Positions 29,297-43,048 of a stretch of 64,000 bases of DNA are shown here, one piece after another. The notes under the pieces were generated by a model. It did no database searches. It was not told the DNA's origin and saw only the letters and a program-made list of their open reading frames with translations. How positions within the stretch are numbered: position 1 is the stretch's first letter; each line of letters starts with the position of its first letter. A program made the translations under genes and the position numbers. The DNA is from Bigelowiella natans CCMP2755 (taxonomy: Eukaryota > Protista > Cercozoa), in the NCBI GenBank assembly GCA_000320545.1, contig ADNK01000171.1, positions 1 through 64,000 of the forward strand. The letters are read 5' to 3'.

Positions 29297-29815
29297 CTTG
29301 TTAACCTGTGAGGAAACGTCTCCTTCCTCTACCTCCCTCTCGAAATTTCTTCTCGCTCTCAACACTTGGGCATCATGATTGTCGGCTCTTGTCATCAGAT
29401 GTGGGGTAGAATTCAAACTGAATTCAAATTCTGGAGAATTCTCGCGGATAAACTCTGGGAAGCGCGACACATTCGGAATCTGTCGCAGGAGTTGAACCGC
29501 AACACATCGAGTTGTCGCAGGGTATCAGTCGCGAATATCGATGGAACTTGTTGGTCCAAAAATATGTGCGACAATCCAACATTGTTGTCGTAATATCGTA
29601 ATCGGAAGCACGGCCACACTGAAGAAACAAACACCTTCCCTCCGGATCCTCACCTGCATTTCTTGCCTTGCACGATGGCACAGGGGGGCAAGCCAAATGC
29701 AAAATGAATGCATATGCGTAGCTGGGACCCAATAAGCCCTCGTGAAATAAATTTTAATAAGGCATGAAGGAATAGTGCGAGCTTGCTTTCTTCTCCCATC
29801 CCCCCCTCCGGCTCA

Positions 29816-32733
29816 ATGAAAATAGGAGGATATGATGTCGATTTCCCTTTTAAGCCTTACCCCTCTCAACTCGCCTTCATGAGCAAGGTCGCTGGAAATT
29901 TTCGATGGTTTCGAGAATATTTTACTAAATTGTGGATACATCAAAAGGTTCTCTGCGCTATTTCATCATGTGAGAACGCCCTACTCGAATCGCCGACTGG
30001 AACGGGGAAAAGTTTAGCCCTTCTCTGCTCTTCCCTCGCTTGGCTGCGGGTCGAAAAAGCGAAGAAGCAGGACAAGAATTCCCAGGAAGAGGTAGGAGGT
30101 AGTGATTCTCAAGGTCGGTACTCAAGATACACATCCGCACAAATGCACCCTACTCATTCACCGACTAAATGCAGCGTATTGTGTATGTGTGCGTGTTATG
30201 GGGGTGGCGTCCTGAGGGCAACACTTAATATGATCGATATCAGAGAATATCGCCACACAGAGGAAGAAAACGAAGGCACGAATATTCTTTGCAACACGAA
30301 CCCACAGCCAAATTGCCCAAATTATTCGGGAACTGAGGACCACGTAAGCAGATAGTGTAGTGTTTTCATCACCACATAAGGCAAATGATTGCTGTGATAT
30401 AAAAGATTGAATGCTTGCTTGTGCAAATTTGGGGATGTGGAAGTATAAAATGCTAAGAAACTACATAACATGCATGTGTTTTCTAAAGTCAAAGACTGCG
30501 GGGATATGTTTCTCGTGACGTTTTTGTAGTTTATGTGGGAAAGTAGTAATAAGCTTTTTGCAGCTTCAAGTCCGTTTTAAAGATTATACGATATAGAATC
30601 GAATCATCAAATGTCGTTGACGAGGTTGCCACATCGGTGTCTGATGGACAGGAACTACCGGCCTGAAATGACCATTTTGGGATCTCGAGATAGATATTGC
30701 ATCAACAAGAAAGGTCGGAGAACACAAATTCCTCGGAACTCAGATGTCTAACGTATCGCAATGCGCAGCGTCTCTGTGGATGTATGTGTTTGCCATTGCA
30801 TGTTTGAATGGGTGTCTGAATTTCATGGGTTGGTTGATCTATATAAATGCCAAAGTGCGAGCTGCAAGCCAAGGTGGCAATCTGAGTGAGGAGTGCGAAG
30901 AGACCGTGAAGCAGGGCTCCTGCAGGTTCTTTTTCCAGCCGCAATACAGGAAGCTGAAAGGGAAAATGAGGAAGAGCGGGAAAGAGAGCATGGAAGTCTG
31001 GGACATCGAGGACCTCGTCGAGTTTGGCAAGAAGCACAAAGGTGCTGCGCGCTCCGCGTTAAATCCTCCCTCATCGTCCCCAGTTTGTTGTCGTCGCTTC
31101 TGAATGTTCGTCGAACCGCTGTAATATTGAGATCGCAGTGAGAACATGCCCAACGATGATGGATCTGTTTTCCATTTTTCAGCATGTCCTTACTACGCAT
31201 CGCGCCTGATATTTGAGCACGCGGAGCTCGTGTTCTGTCCGTACAACTACCTCATCGACCCTCTCATACGAGATTCAATGGACTTGGACCTCAACGACGC
31301 AGTCTTGATCTTGTAGTGCTTAGAAGAGACTATCAATCATTCATCGATACTCCGAAAAATAATATACCTCCCCCCCCCCGCACCAAAATATTCTGTGTAG
31401 ACGAATATAAATGAGAGGAGGGGGGGGGGGGGGGGGGGGATGTGCATTGAAGGAATAAACTTTGAATGCATTTTCTACAGTGACGAGGCTCACAATATAG
31501 AAGACATTGCCCGTGATGGCACTAGCGGGAAGTTCAACATCGATGTCTTGCAAGAAGCCATCAAAGCACTGCAGATAGTCATTGACGACGCCTTCCACAT
31601 CGGCATCCACGCTCCGCTCAAAAAGAGTAGGAACTCGATGTATCCTTCTCCCCCACGCTCTCTATGTGCGTGCGTGCGTGCGTGCGTGCGTGTGTGTGCT
31701 ATCTCTCTTATCCATGGTCGTCTCAGGCACACAGTCTGTTGTGAATTGGCTGATTCAAAGCGAAAGCTTGCTCGGCACCGTCGGTTATGAGCACGAGCAG
31801 CTCATGATGGAAGGCCCGGAGGCTTCTATGCAGCTCGAAGGCCTCCAAATCACAACGGAGACTACGGAGAGGATGAAGAAATTGGTTTGCTCCTTACTTG
31901 CACGCATATGTGTCGACCTGCTGACAAGTTAGTGTGTGGGAAAACTTGGCCAAGCGGCGTTCCAGCAACGCACGCGCACAGTTATCGCCATCGTTAGCGC
32001 AATCGTCATCCCAATGCTTAGCTCGATGTGTTGTTGTTGTTGTTGTGATTGCTGTGATTACAATATTGCCGTGCTCTTGGAAAGGTGGACAGGTCGGCCA
32101 CTGAGAGTTCTAAAGCTGAGAACAAGGTTACACGCGCCGCACCCCGTTTACCTTAATCTTCACCGCAGCTCCCCCTTCCCACAACCTGATTAAGCTGAAA
32201 AATAAATGTGCCTGACTAGGAGGTTGGGCTACCTTCAGCCCACGCCAGCGTCCTCACGGGTTTGTACGTCGTCCTGGACTTCATGCTTAGGTACGTGTAG
32301 ATGGGGATAGCGGCGGCCATTTGCCATTTGTTTATATGGTGTATTGTGTGTTGTGTGTTGTGTGCGTGTGCGTGTGTTTGCGTGCACGTAGGCATCCGCA
32401 GGAGTACAAGGTCGTGTTCTCGAAGAAATCCGCACAGGAGCAGCAGCCTGGCCGACGGCGACGGAGGAGGGGGAGGGCATCATCGAACGGAAAGCGGTGG
32501 AACTATACGCTCCAAATATGGTGTATGAACCCAGCCGTTGCCTTCAGAGAGGTCTCTCACATGGCGAGATCGGTAAGAATGCTGCGCATGGCTTCGGCGA
32601 CAACGACAACAACAACAACAACAACAACTGCAGGTAATATTGACTTCTGGGACGCTCGCCCCTCTGGATTCTTTCGCTTGTGAGCTTGGTGCTGTGTTTA
32701 AGCACAGGTAGTAGAAGTAGTAGTAGCAGGAGT

Positions 32734-32764
<31 letters not shown>

Positions 32765-33955
32765 GCAGCGTTGGAAGGGCTGATCTGCGGCTTGTGCGAG
32801 TATATAAGCACACACGCAGCAGCGGATGCGCTGTTGAAAGGGGGTGGGGGGGGGGGAGAGCTCGGACAAGCAGCCAACGGCTACATTCGAGGGGGTGCGA
32901 CGAAATGCAGCGTATTTTTGTCGCGGTGAATGCAAAGCGGCATTGTTGTCCATCTTGCTCCGGTCAATGAATGTTGGTGATGATGACCTCCTCCCAGGCT
33001 GGAGGCCCGGCACCTGATTCCGAAGGAAAACGTGTTGGCGCGAGTCGTATCGCGTGACGCGAACGGCAAGCGACTGGTCGGGACCTTCAAACACACCAGG
33101 TGCGCGCATGCGCGTAGCACCGCAGAAAGCGATCCACCCTACTCGTCAGCTCTTGTGGCGACGTGTTAGCAGCCTTGGCTACTACCCGGCCCGTGTTCTC
33201 TAACGTGTAAGTTGATGATGATGATAATAATAATGATAATGATAACTTCCACAGCAAATACAGCTACCAGGATTCGATCGGGGAAATCGTCTTGAATATC
33301 TGCACGGCCGTCCCCGAGGGTTAGAGGGGGTTTGGGCGGGGGTGGGCGCCATGTGTTGCTTTGGGGGGCTTCAAGTTCTTTGTTGTGCTGCTATTGCGGA
33401 AAAAAAAACTTTCTTCTCCTGTTGTTTTGCCCGCACAATTGTATTATCATGATTATCGCCATATATTTTCTTCAGGAGTCCTAGTGTTCTTCCCTTCTTA
33501 TAAGCTCCTGGAGACGATCTGTGAGCGCTGGAAAGATACGGAATTGTGGCACCAGATAAGGAAGGAGAAGGTCGGCTTCTCCGAGGCGTAAGAGCAGTCT
33601 GTTTGAGTGCGAAGTTGCCACGCACGTCATACACAGCTGACAGAGGGGCGGGGGGGAAGGGGAGATGAGATGCGAGAGATCGAATCTCTCATCTGCATAG
33701 GAAACAAGTGCACGATATGATTTTTGATGCGCAATCTCCTTATCCAGGTTATCTGCGTGGAGTCAAGAGACAGCTCCAAAAACTCCAATTTTGAGCTCTC
33801 AATGAAAACTTACAAGTAGTGCGCATGACGATCATAATGATTGTTATTGTAATTATCATTATTGCTATATTAGTGTAGAAATAGTACCGTGTTAATTTTG
33901 AGGATGTGCTTGTTACTGTGTTGGCAGAAGCCTCACAAAATACACCTAGTAATGC

Positions 33956-33993
<38 letters not shown>

Positions 33994-34550
33994 GTGTGTG
34001 TGTGTGTGTGAATGAATAAGAATTGGTTAAAACATAAAATAAATACTGTGAGAGGGGGGGGGAACAAAAGATGCTGCGTAGTATAATTGAATCGGCCAAC
34101 AGGGGTTTGTTTGAGGAAAGAAACTCTCTATTGACATCGATGGATCAAAGACGGAGTAGCATGCGAACATGCTCACCTTTCCTGACCAATTGATAATACC
34201 CCCCCCCCCCCCCTCTCTCTCTTTCTCTCTCTCAGGTCCGCAGTGGCCAAGGGAAGCGACGGCAAAGAGACGACAGGCATCGGTTCCCATCGCATCATCG
34301 TGATAAATGCTTCATACACACTCTTCTCTGTGTTCGTTCTTGAACGCAATTATAGGATTTCTACTCAACTCACGTCGTCCCGTCAGAGAATGGCATCAAC
34401 TGACGATAACGATGCTGCCGGCATTTTATTATCCCCTTTCAGGAGGCGCGGTGTTCTTAGGAGTGTGCCGTGGTAAGATTTCGGAGGGGATCGATTTCTC
34501 AGACGGCGATGCTAGGGCCGTCCTGATCGTTGGAATCCCATGTAATAATA

Positions 34551-34588
<38 letters not shown>

Positions 34589-34711
34589 CAGAAGAAGAAG
34601 AAGGAGAAGGAGAAGAAATACCACAAACATGTCGTTTGGTAGAGATTAGTTTCCTACCGGGTTCCAAACATGCATTCGCAGATAGAAAGTATTGAATTGG
34701 CATGTACTGTG

Positions 34712-34750
<39 letters not shown>

Positions 34751-36088
34751 TTGCCAGATCCGAACCTGAAAGATCAGCAGATTGTGGCGAAGCGTGCCTA
34801 CAATGATAGAGTCCGGAGAGAAACGCCAGGAAGCAAGATCTCTGGAGGTCGATGGTATGAGCTGCAAGCTTTCCGTGCCGTTAACCAGGCAATTGGGAGA
34901 TGCATCCGTCACAAGTAAATAGCCACCACCAACGACTTCATGGTCTTGCAGAGAAGACAAATATCCCAATGCACAATTATGTGCGCGCGCACGTGTGCGT
35001 ATATGTGTGTGTATGCGTGTGAAAATGATTTTCACAGGAGAGGGAAAATCAGAGTGTTTACATTGTATATTTTGGATTTATACTCAAATCTCTACTCTGC
35101 TGACAGAAGTGACTACGGCGCAATATTCCTCATCGACAAGCGTTTCGAGCAAAACAATGTGCTAGCGTCGCTCTCACGATGGTTCAGGACGTATCTGCGT
35201 TCTGGGACGTCACTCAAAACGAGCAGCGGAGAGCGCGGCACCGTTGTGGCGGGGGAGATCCGAAGATTTTTCGAGACCAAAACAACCGCTCCCCGGCGAG
35301 CCGGGAAAAAGACGAACTTGTCGTGCAGCAGCAGGAAAGGCGATTGCGGCCGCGGTCACAAGAAGTGTCTCCTTCCAGGAACTAAGAGGAAGACGACGAC
35401 GACAGGGAAGGTGTCCTGTCGAGCGTTGGACATGCTGGTTCAAAACGCTGTAAGCGTTGCTACCAAGAAAAGGGCAAAGAAGAAAATGATGCCACCTGCG
35501 GCGAAAGAAGAACCAATGAACTTCTCGCCACTAGTAAATGACCGGAGAAGAATAGGTGAGATAGCAAGAACCGAGACGACGCATGATGCACAGGATCTTC
35601 TCAGGGAACCAGCAGAAACGAATGTGGGAAAAGAAAACATGGCAGATTCTTTCGAAGCTCGCCTTGTTGTCAACTCAAAGATCCCAGAAAAATCAGAAAA
35701 TTTGATGACACCTAAGTTGGAAGAAAACACAAACACATGTGGTAGCGATGATGGTTGTGTCCACATCGAGACGATGCCGTCGAAGCCACTGCCTGCTGAA
35801 TTTGCCAACGTGAAGCAGGCCTCCAAAGCTTGCTCGATCAAGTCAGAGATCCCAAAAAAGACAGAAAGTTTGATGAAGCCCAAATTCGAAGACACCACAA
35901 GAACATGGGACAGCGATGGCTGCATCGATGTCGACATGAAGCCATCAAAACCAAGGCTTACTAACTTTGTGAAAAAGAAGCAGCAACGCAAAATACGCCC
36001 GAAAGCAGTCACCGAACGGAGCGATAGCGAGGACGAGTTCGACATGAACTCCAGTTTTTCCGTTCCTAGGTTCGCCCATCCTAGATGA
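29816..36088 (+). CDS. BRIP1: FANCJ/BRIP1-type Fe-S cluster SF2 DNA helicase
   Basis: Q motif FPFKPYPSQ, Walker [19 protein letters not shown], four Fe-S Cys (YCIN, EECE, GSCR, ACPYY), [21 protein letters not shown], motif [19 protein letters not shown]1 is the less likely alternative. Confidence 0.9.
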
Positions 36089-36829
36089 CAACTGCCTGGC
36101 GCACACAACTTGGTTGTCATCGAGTCTCTTTGGTTTCTAAAGCGCAGCTGATGGGTTTGCAAGAAGACTCTCCGCCCTGCACAGACATTGATGATCATAT
36201 TCACTGGTGGCACGAGCACATTGTAATAAGTCATGAACGGTCCATCCCTGAATTTGCATGGTGAGCCAGCTAGCCAGAGCGATGTGCAGTGAAAGAAGCT
36301 TAGCTTGTTTTTCATGCAAGGTTTGAGGGCCTAGCTAGCTAGGCTATGGTTCTGCATGCCACACACCTTTCGGTGGTGGCCCTCGATCGCCCACAGCACA
36401 TCGCATGCATCTCATCACGCTTGCGCACCACCCACCACCCACTGCGTCCACATATTCGATCAATCATCACATTGGTAATGTGCAGCAGGGCCTGATAACC
36501 TAGTGACAGGAAAATTTTCGATTCTGTCTCTGACAACCTGCGTGTAATGGTCGTGCAATAATCCGTGCACCATTGACGATCTGTACATATACAAACTCGA
36601 TCATGTCGATCGGTATAGAAACATTCCCATGTGATCTTTGCACGCACTGCATGCAATGCATTGTGCTTACTGGGCCTGCATGCATTTACGGGGGGGTTCG
36701 CGTGTCATTAGCCTCTTCATGGCATCGCATGCGCAATTATGCTGGCATGAAATCTATGCCGCTTGTACGCTACGCGCTCCAATGCACCGCCAGCTTGGTG
36801 CTGGGTGCTGGGTGCATGCACATGATTAG

Positions 36830-36866
<37 letters not shown>

Positions 36867-36985
36867 TGTGCGCGCGCGCACTCGTGTACGTGGGCCGTGA
36901 CGTCGCACAGCTTCGCATGCCCAATTATATGCATACGAAATACAAGAAAATTGATGTCACGAACGCACTGTCGTTGAATATTAAA

Positions 36986-37493
36986 TCAATTCATGTCAGG
37001 GCTTACCGACGAGTCACCACTGCAGCAGCAATAATGCATCAATTCTTCGCAGCAACTATCACAGCAAGTGTCAGGACATTCATTGCAAATTTCATTACAA
37101 CAAGTTTCTTTTTCGTTGTCACTGGAAGCTAAGCACCAGAGGCAGCAAAAACAAGCACAAAGTCCTGCTTCTGCTTCTTCTTCAGTAATTGCGCCTTCGT
37201 CGGATCCACCCTCCAACCTAGATAAGTGATTCTTTTAAATTTCTTTATGTCTTTGTTTCAATCTCTGTTGTTCTAAACTCTCCCAGTATGTATCCTATCA
37301 ATACCCCAGCGATAACTAATGAGGCTAGGGCGAGAGAAAAGAGAGAAATTCGCTTCCAGAAATTGAAATGAAGTAACAAAAGTGATATTCATTACCTCCC
37401 GATAATCGAAGGATTCTCGCTCACTGAAACAGCTGCTATGCTTGCAATCACAACTTTCTTTTCAACATCTCTTGCATCCAGACCAACTTCCAT
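36986..37493 (-). CDS. Small cysteine-rich protein (hydrophobic CxCxCC segment plus acidic Cys-rich tail)
   Basis: Last exon EGGSDEGAITEEEAEAGLCACFCCLWCLASSDNEKETCCNEICNECPDTCCDSCCEELMHYCCCSGDSSVSPDMN*; upstream exon MEVGLDARDVEKKVVIASIAAVS|gtgagc. 5' end uncertain. Confidence 0.55.
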
Positions 37494-37918
37494 CTCCTGA
37501 CCGTTTTGTGGACGCGATGTTTATCCAAGGAAATACTTTCTAGACACCATCGACCACAATCCCATCATCATCCCCATCACCAACAGCAACAACAACATCA
37601 TTATCATCGTCACCGCCACCGTCATTATGCTTTCGTCCTCCCCCCCCCCCCCATCCTGTTTCTCGCAGCCCCGGCAAGCACCCTGGTATACGGCCGTTTC
37701 GGAATGTGAGAAAAACGAGGAGAAACGGTATGGATTTATAGCGTGCGACTGCCTTACAACCGACCCGCACATACTTCGTTTGTACTCGTATGGGCTTTTA
37801 GTCGTACACTCGCCGAATGCGTATGTCGCAGGACAAAAATCGTCTGTGTTTCCTCTTGAATTTCTTCCTCAGGATTGATTCGGACATCAAGAGCACCCGG
37901 CGGGCGACGACGAGGGCC

Positions 37919-39564
37919 ATGCGCCGTGCCGCCCCCGTGCTGCTCCTTCTGGCCTCCCTCGCCCAACCCCTCCCTTCAAAGCCCTTCGTACCACCACGCC
38001 AAAAGTCCCCCGCACCCCATCTGCGGGCTAGAAGATCGCGGTGGATACGCCGTGCTGAATCTCCCGGTGGGGTACCCCCCGCTTCAGGCAAGCCGCTGCC
38101 AACACCTCCTCTTTGGGATGTGGTTCTGGCCTTCGCCGGTGGAACTCCCTGGGATGCAATGCTTGGCCTTGCTTATAAGGGCTACGTTGGTCCTACGCAG
38201 GTGTCGTTGCCCGTCTTAGGCGATTACATATTCCTCAACTCTCCAGAATCGGTACGGGAGGTCACGGTCACGCAAGCGCGATCGTTTCCCCGGAGATTCT
38301 CGGTGCCCCTATTCTCCCAACTGGGATTGGATAAGGGGATCGTTTACGAACAGGGAAAGAGGCACCAGGAGCACAAGGTGTGGTTAACGTGCACGCACGC
38401 AACGCATGTCCCCCCCCACACACAGACAAAATTTCCATAGAAACTTGACGGTCTCTCTCGTTTCCGCTGTTCTGCACACGCATGACACACATGTGACGCA
38501 AATACTCACTCGTTGAAGGACTTTAGGTCGTATGTACTCCTGCGTTTGAAAATCGGGCGTCCATCGAGTACTTCCTGAAAGCCATCCAAAACGAAACAAA
38601 TTCCCTGGTCGACACGTGGCGGGCGCGGGCTCGATCTTCGGGGCAGAGCAACAGCTTTCGGCTTGACCTGTACAACGAGGCGCGCTCGTTAACCCTTGAA
38701 GTCATTCTAAAGGTGGTCCGTGAGAATGATGGTTCGATCGATGTTTGTATTGGCGCGTAGCCACTCTAATCAATCGAGAAGCTGCGCCTCTGTCCGGCTC
38801 TGAGTGATACCTTGCACAAAAACATCCAGGTGACCTTCGGAACCCAGAACTTTGCCAAGGCTGAGGAGCTCTCGTCCATCATCGGCGAATATCTCGAGAA
38901 AATCGTTGCCGTCGCTAACGAGGTGCTGGATTAATAGTGTTAGCGGCACGTAAGTGGTCTCGGTTGTTATCGGCATTACCTCCCGTCCTTTCCACCGTCA
39001 TTATCTTGAACTACCACTTATCTTTCACCTAGGTGCCTCCCTGGTGGCAGATCGGTCTCAGCGCAAATTACCGGAGAGTCACGGAAACCCTCTTGCCAGG
39101 GCTTCGGGCACTCGTACTCGAGCTCATTGCGAAGCGTCGTGAAGAGGTATTATTATGCAGTCTCCACTAGCCATTGACCCCATCATCGAACGGGCCGTGA
39201 TGTTTCTGTGCGCGATTAGCTGAGCGAGGAGGAGGACAACATGGTAGCGGCAGACCTGCTGGGGGTTCTCCTGTCTTCAAAGGTGCTCTCCGACGAGGAC
39301 ATTCTTGCAGTCTTATTCGATGGTAAGGACAAGATATATATTATATATTTGTAAATTGATAATACATGCACATATTTACCACCTGTCATTTCCTACCTGA
39401 TGTCTTAGTTGTGATCGCGGGAAGTGACACTACTGCATCGACCATCACCGCCGCCTTGTTCCTCCTCTACCAACCGCAACAGAAACAGGTTGTTCCCGCC
39501 AAAAGACTGTCACCCACCCTCCACGCATATCCTACAATCCGTAAGGAAAACAAAGGAGATTCAA

Positions 39565-39611
<47 letters not shown>

Positions 39612-40250
39612 CACACATCGTAGTAATCCCCACCACCTTTCTAATGATACCCATATCGGTCTGATGCCCCCCACCCCCCCCCTGACATCCAGCTCCTGGA
39701 GTCCATACTCGACGAGGTGCACGGGGCAGACCTGACAACAATCGAGTCCATCAACGACGTACGCGCCAGCCTGCCGGTCCTCTCCGGGTGCATCCGCGAG
39801 ACCCTCCGCCTCTACCCCCCCGTGCCGTTCATTGGACGCACATCGATCGAGCCCGCTCTGGTGGACGGCTGCGAGATTCCGGAGGGCTCTGTCATGTGCT
39901 GGTCGCCATGGTTTCTCGGGCGCAACCCGCAGCAGTGGCGGGAGCCAGTAGAAGAGGTGCGTCCACAGCGCTGGGACGAGTCTGACGCGCATTGGAATCC
40001 AGCCCCATCCACAGGCGCGGCGCGCGACAGTTTTTCCTTCCTTCCGTTCGGGGCGGGGCCGCGGGGCTGCCTGGGCTCCCGACTCGGCATCATGGAGGCC
40101 ACGCTTGCCGTCGCAGGTCTGCTCAAGGAATTTTCGTTCCAGTTCGATCGCGATGAGCTGGACGTGCGCTACGACCTCACCCTCAACTTGGAAGGGGCGT
40201 GTGTCGGAGTCATCACGCCGTTGTCAGGAAGGCGGGAAGCAGGGGGCTAG
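37919..40250 (+). CDS. Cytochrome P450 with signal peptide plus Arg/Pro/Ser-rich transit-like leader
   Basis: I-helix AGSDTT, K-helix ETLR, PQRW (PERF), heme motif FGAGPRGCLG; N-terminus MRRAAPVLLLLASLAQP...RARRSRWIRRA. Confidence 0.95.
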
Positions 40251-40554
40251 CACTGGGCGCGCAATGGGCTCCATGCTCTTGAAAATGTGCGGACTCGATC
40301 ATTTTTTTTTAAGTCTCTGCTTTTTCCGTGCTTGTCAGACGCTACAGTAGTATGGCGGGCGCTGGTGCATGCACATATGTAACGAGTAGGTAGTAAAGGG
40401 CCTTATTATAGTGTCTTCTGTGTGCGCATGTGCTTATCGCAGTATGTGACTCTATTCAACCAATGATAATATAATCGGCATGCGGTCAATGATGTCATAT
40501 AGCTGACAGCACATAAGTAACTAATCTTTCTCCCCTGCCATATCTAGATATATA

Positions 40555-40804
40555 CACGTGAGACGGATGTAATGAAGTGACAGCAATTTTCCAATTGTCA
40601 TCCAGTGCAATAATGCGGCGGCTACAGCGTTAAGATTGTGTTGTTGGTTTCAGCAATTATGTGCTTCATGTTTGCAATTTTGGTGGTTACATGTACGCAC
40701 ATACATATGCACACAGAAGCGCTGTAGCTGCAGCTTTGCACAGACACATATTAGGATTTCAATTGAATGAATTGAATTATATTTAATTACATCCGTCTCA
40801 CATG
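40555..40804. mobile_element. MITE-like element with 19-bp terminal inverted repeats
   Basis: CACGTGAGACGGATGTAAT (40555-40573) and ATTACATCCGTCTCACATG (40786-40804) are inverted copies with one mismatch; non-coding 250-bp span; related motifs at 5.8-6.2 kb. No clear TSD. Confidence 0.55.
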
Positions 40805-41039
40805 GACATAGTAAATAGGAAAAAACATGTAGCAAGCATGTGTAAGTAGGTACATGTGCACGACGCGCATAGCGCACAATCATGGCTTACATGTTGTTGC
40901 ATTCACGCTTATATTCCCATCGTGACGCAATGTCCGAGCGAATTCGCAGACTGATGCCGGAATCAATAGCATAACCGGCTCAAGCCAAGAAAATTTCAAC
41001 GATACGAGTACTCATGATAGCTACGGCTGGAAACTGTTT

Positions 41040-41546
41040 TTACGTGCCGGCGCGCCTATATTCCACGCGGTATCGAAAAAATCCTGAAGAAAGTAGAGAA
41101 AATTTTAATAAGAAGCTAGCTAGCTAGAGGAAAGTGGCTGCTGTAAGACACGATTGAGTTACTTGGACGCCATACATGCCAAATTGAGATTGACCTGGGG
41201 ATTTTTCCTTCGTCACCGCGTCGTCATCCAGTCGTATGTCGCTCACAACCTCCAGGATCTGCCCAAAACACGTGAAATTAATTGAAATTGCAGGGTGCTG
41301 CAGCACACACGCGAGGACGGACGAAGAACACGGACGCACTGTAAGTGCACACGGTAGATAGCAATATGGCAAAATGTATGTGCGGTCATATATTACATTG
41401 GGATCTGAGGGCTTTAGTCTGAACGTCTCCAGCAGATACCTGATATTATTATCGTCGTCGATGATGATGATGATGAGTATAATGATGACGATGATGATGG
41501 TGCAAGATCTCTTACATAGTACTGCAATATACCACGTATGTACTGC

Positions 41547-41582
<36 letters not shown>

Positions 41583-43005
41583 TATATATGTAAATTATCA
41601 TACAGATATATCATGCACATGCTAAAGTACGCGTGGACTGACCCTCCATGTGGCTCTCCCCAGGACACTTCGATGGCGGCTGAGTCTACATAAATATATA
41701 CCCATATATATATATATATATATATATTTCTTTACTATATTTAATGTGTTCATCATCGAATCATTATGCGTGTTCGTGCTTCGTTCTGCACTATCCGAGG
41801 AACTACCCGTTTTGACCGTCTTCAAGCGACCGCGATGCGGGCCTTCACCACCAGTCAGATGCACACGCAAAACCACAAACACACATACACACACACACAC
41901 ACACACATACACACATACGCACTCAGACGCCTCCTCCTAATTGTAATGACGAAGCAATCATAAAGGATCCAAAATGACAATGATGGGGAAGGGGGCCATC
42001 CAGCTAGCGACCACATAGTCCTAGCCGTAAAAGGTGGCAATTGCGTTGTAATCACTTCGGTGCGTTGCGCAAATCACCACCAATACGCTAGCAAACTTCC
42101 GTTTGGCTGTGGAGCGCTGTATGTATGCTGGATATTCGGCAGGTTGCTAATTTCTCGACGTTTCTCATTCAAAATCGTCGTCGCTACCCGGCCTGCGGTC
42201 GCGGCGGTTATGCTCCACAACTGGCAAACAACAACGCATAATTCGTGGCGTGCTCAGACGGATATCGACTACAATGCTGATGACGGTAGTGACGATGGTG
42301 ATGACGGAGAGGAGGCTAGTTTGGTATATGAAGGGAACAGGTTGTGAGCAGCAAGGAGTATGCGAAGGGGAGGGGGGGGGCTGCTTTGCTGTCGCGTACC
42401 TCTGCCGTCGAGGGGGTAGGTCTCCTTAATCGAAACCAAAGGGGGGCCTTCATAAAGCAGTAGTCACAGGAAGGACGGACTCGAGTCAAATGTACTCTAT
42501 ACACACTTCTCTAAGTAGCAGTACAGCTAACCACCCCTTCGCTCTGATTAACACCGATGCGCTAAATCTCTCCACCTTTGGTGATGACTTGGAAGCCTGC
42601 TGAAGGATCAAGCTGGAGGCATGGAAAATATCAACACAGAAAGCAGCAGCAGCAACCCGTTTGTCAGTTAAGATGGTGCTCAGCCGGGGAATGAGTAGTA
42701 GTTGTAGTTGTAGTAGTAGCAGTAGTAGTAGTTGTAGTAGTAGTAGCCGCATCAACGAAGGTGAGAACCACCACCAATCCACAGCTTTTCATCACAATAA
42801 TGACTGTATATGTCTATCATATTTTCTGTGGGAAAGCAGGGGAGTATTAGTGTGTTTTGCGTCGACGACTCTCTTAGTTTTTTTTCCCCCCCCCCCCCCC
42901 CCCCCCCTCCCTTCTTTTCGGTGTATGTGTGCAGATATGCTCGGGTTCTGACGTTTATCACGATATTGGAGAGGAGGTTGGCGCCCTGTGTGCAAGTTAG
43001 GTTGT

Positions 43006-43048
<43 letters not shown>

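Noticed and set aside
35440-36315. 291-aa minus-strand ORF
   Set aside because: Antisense shadow of the FANCJ last exon with no recognisable features.
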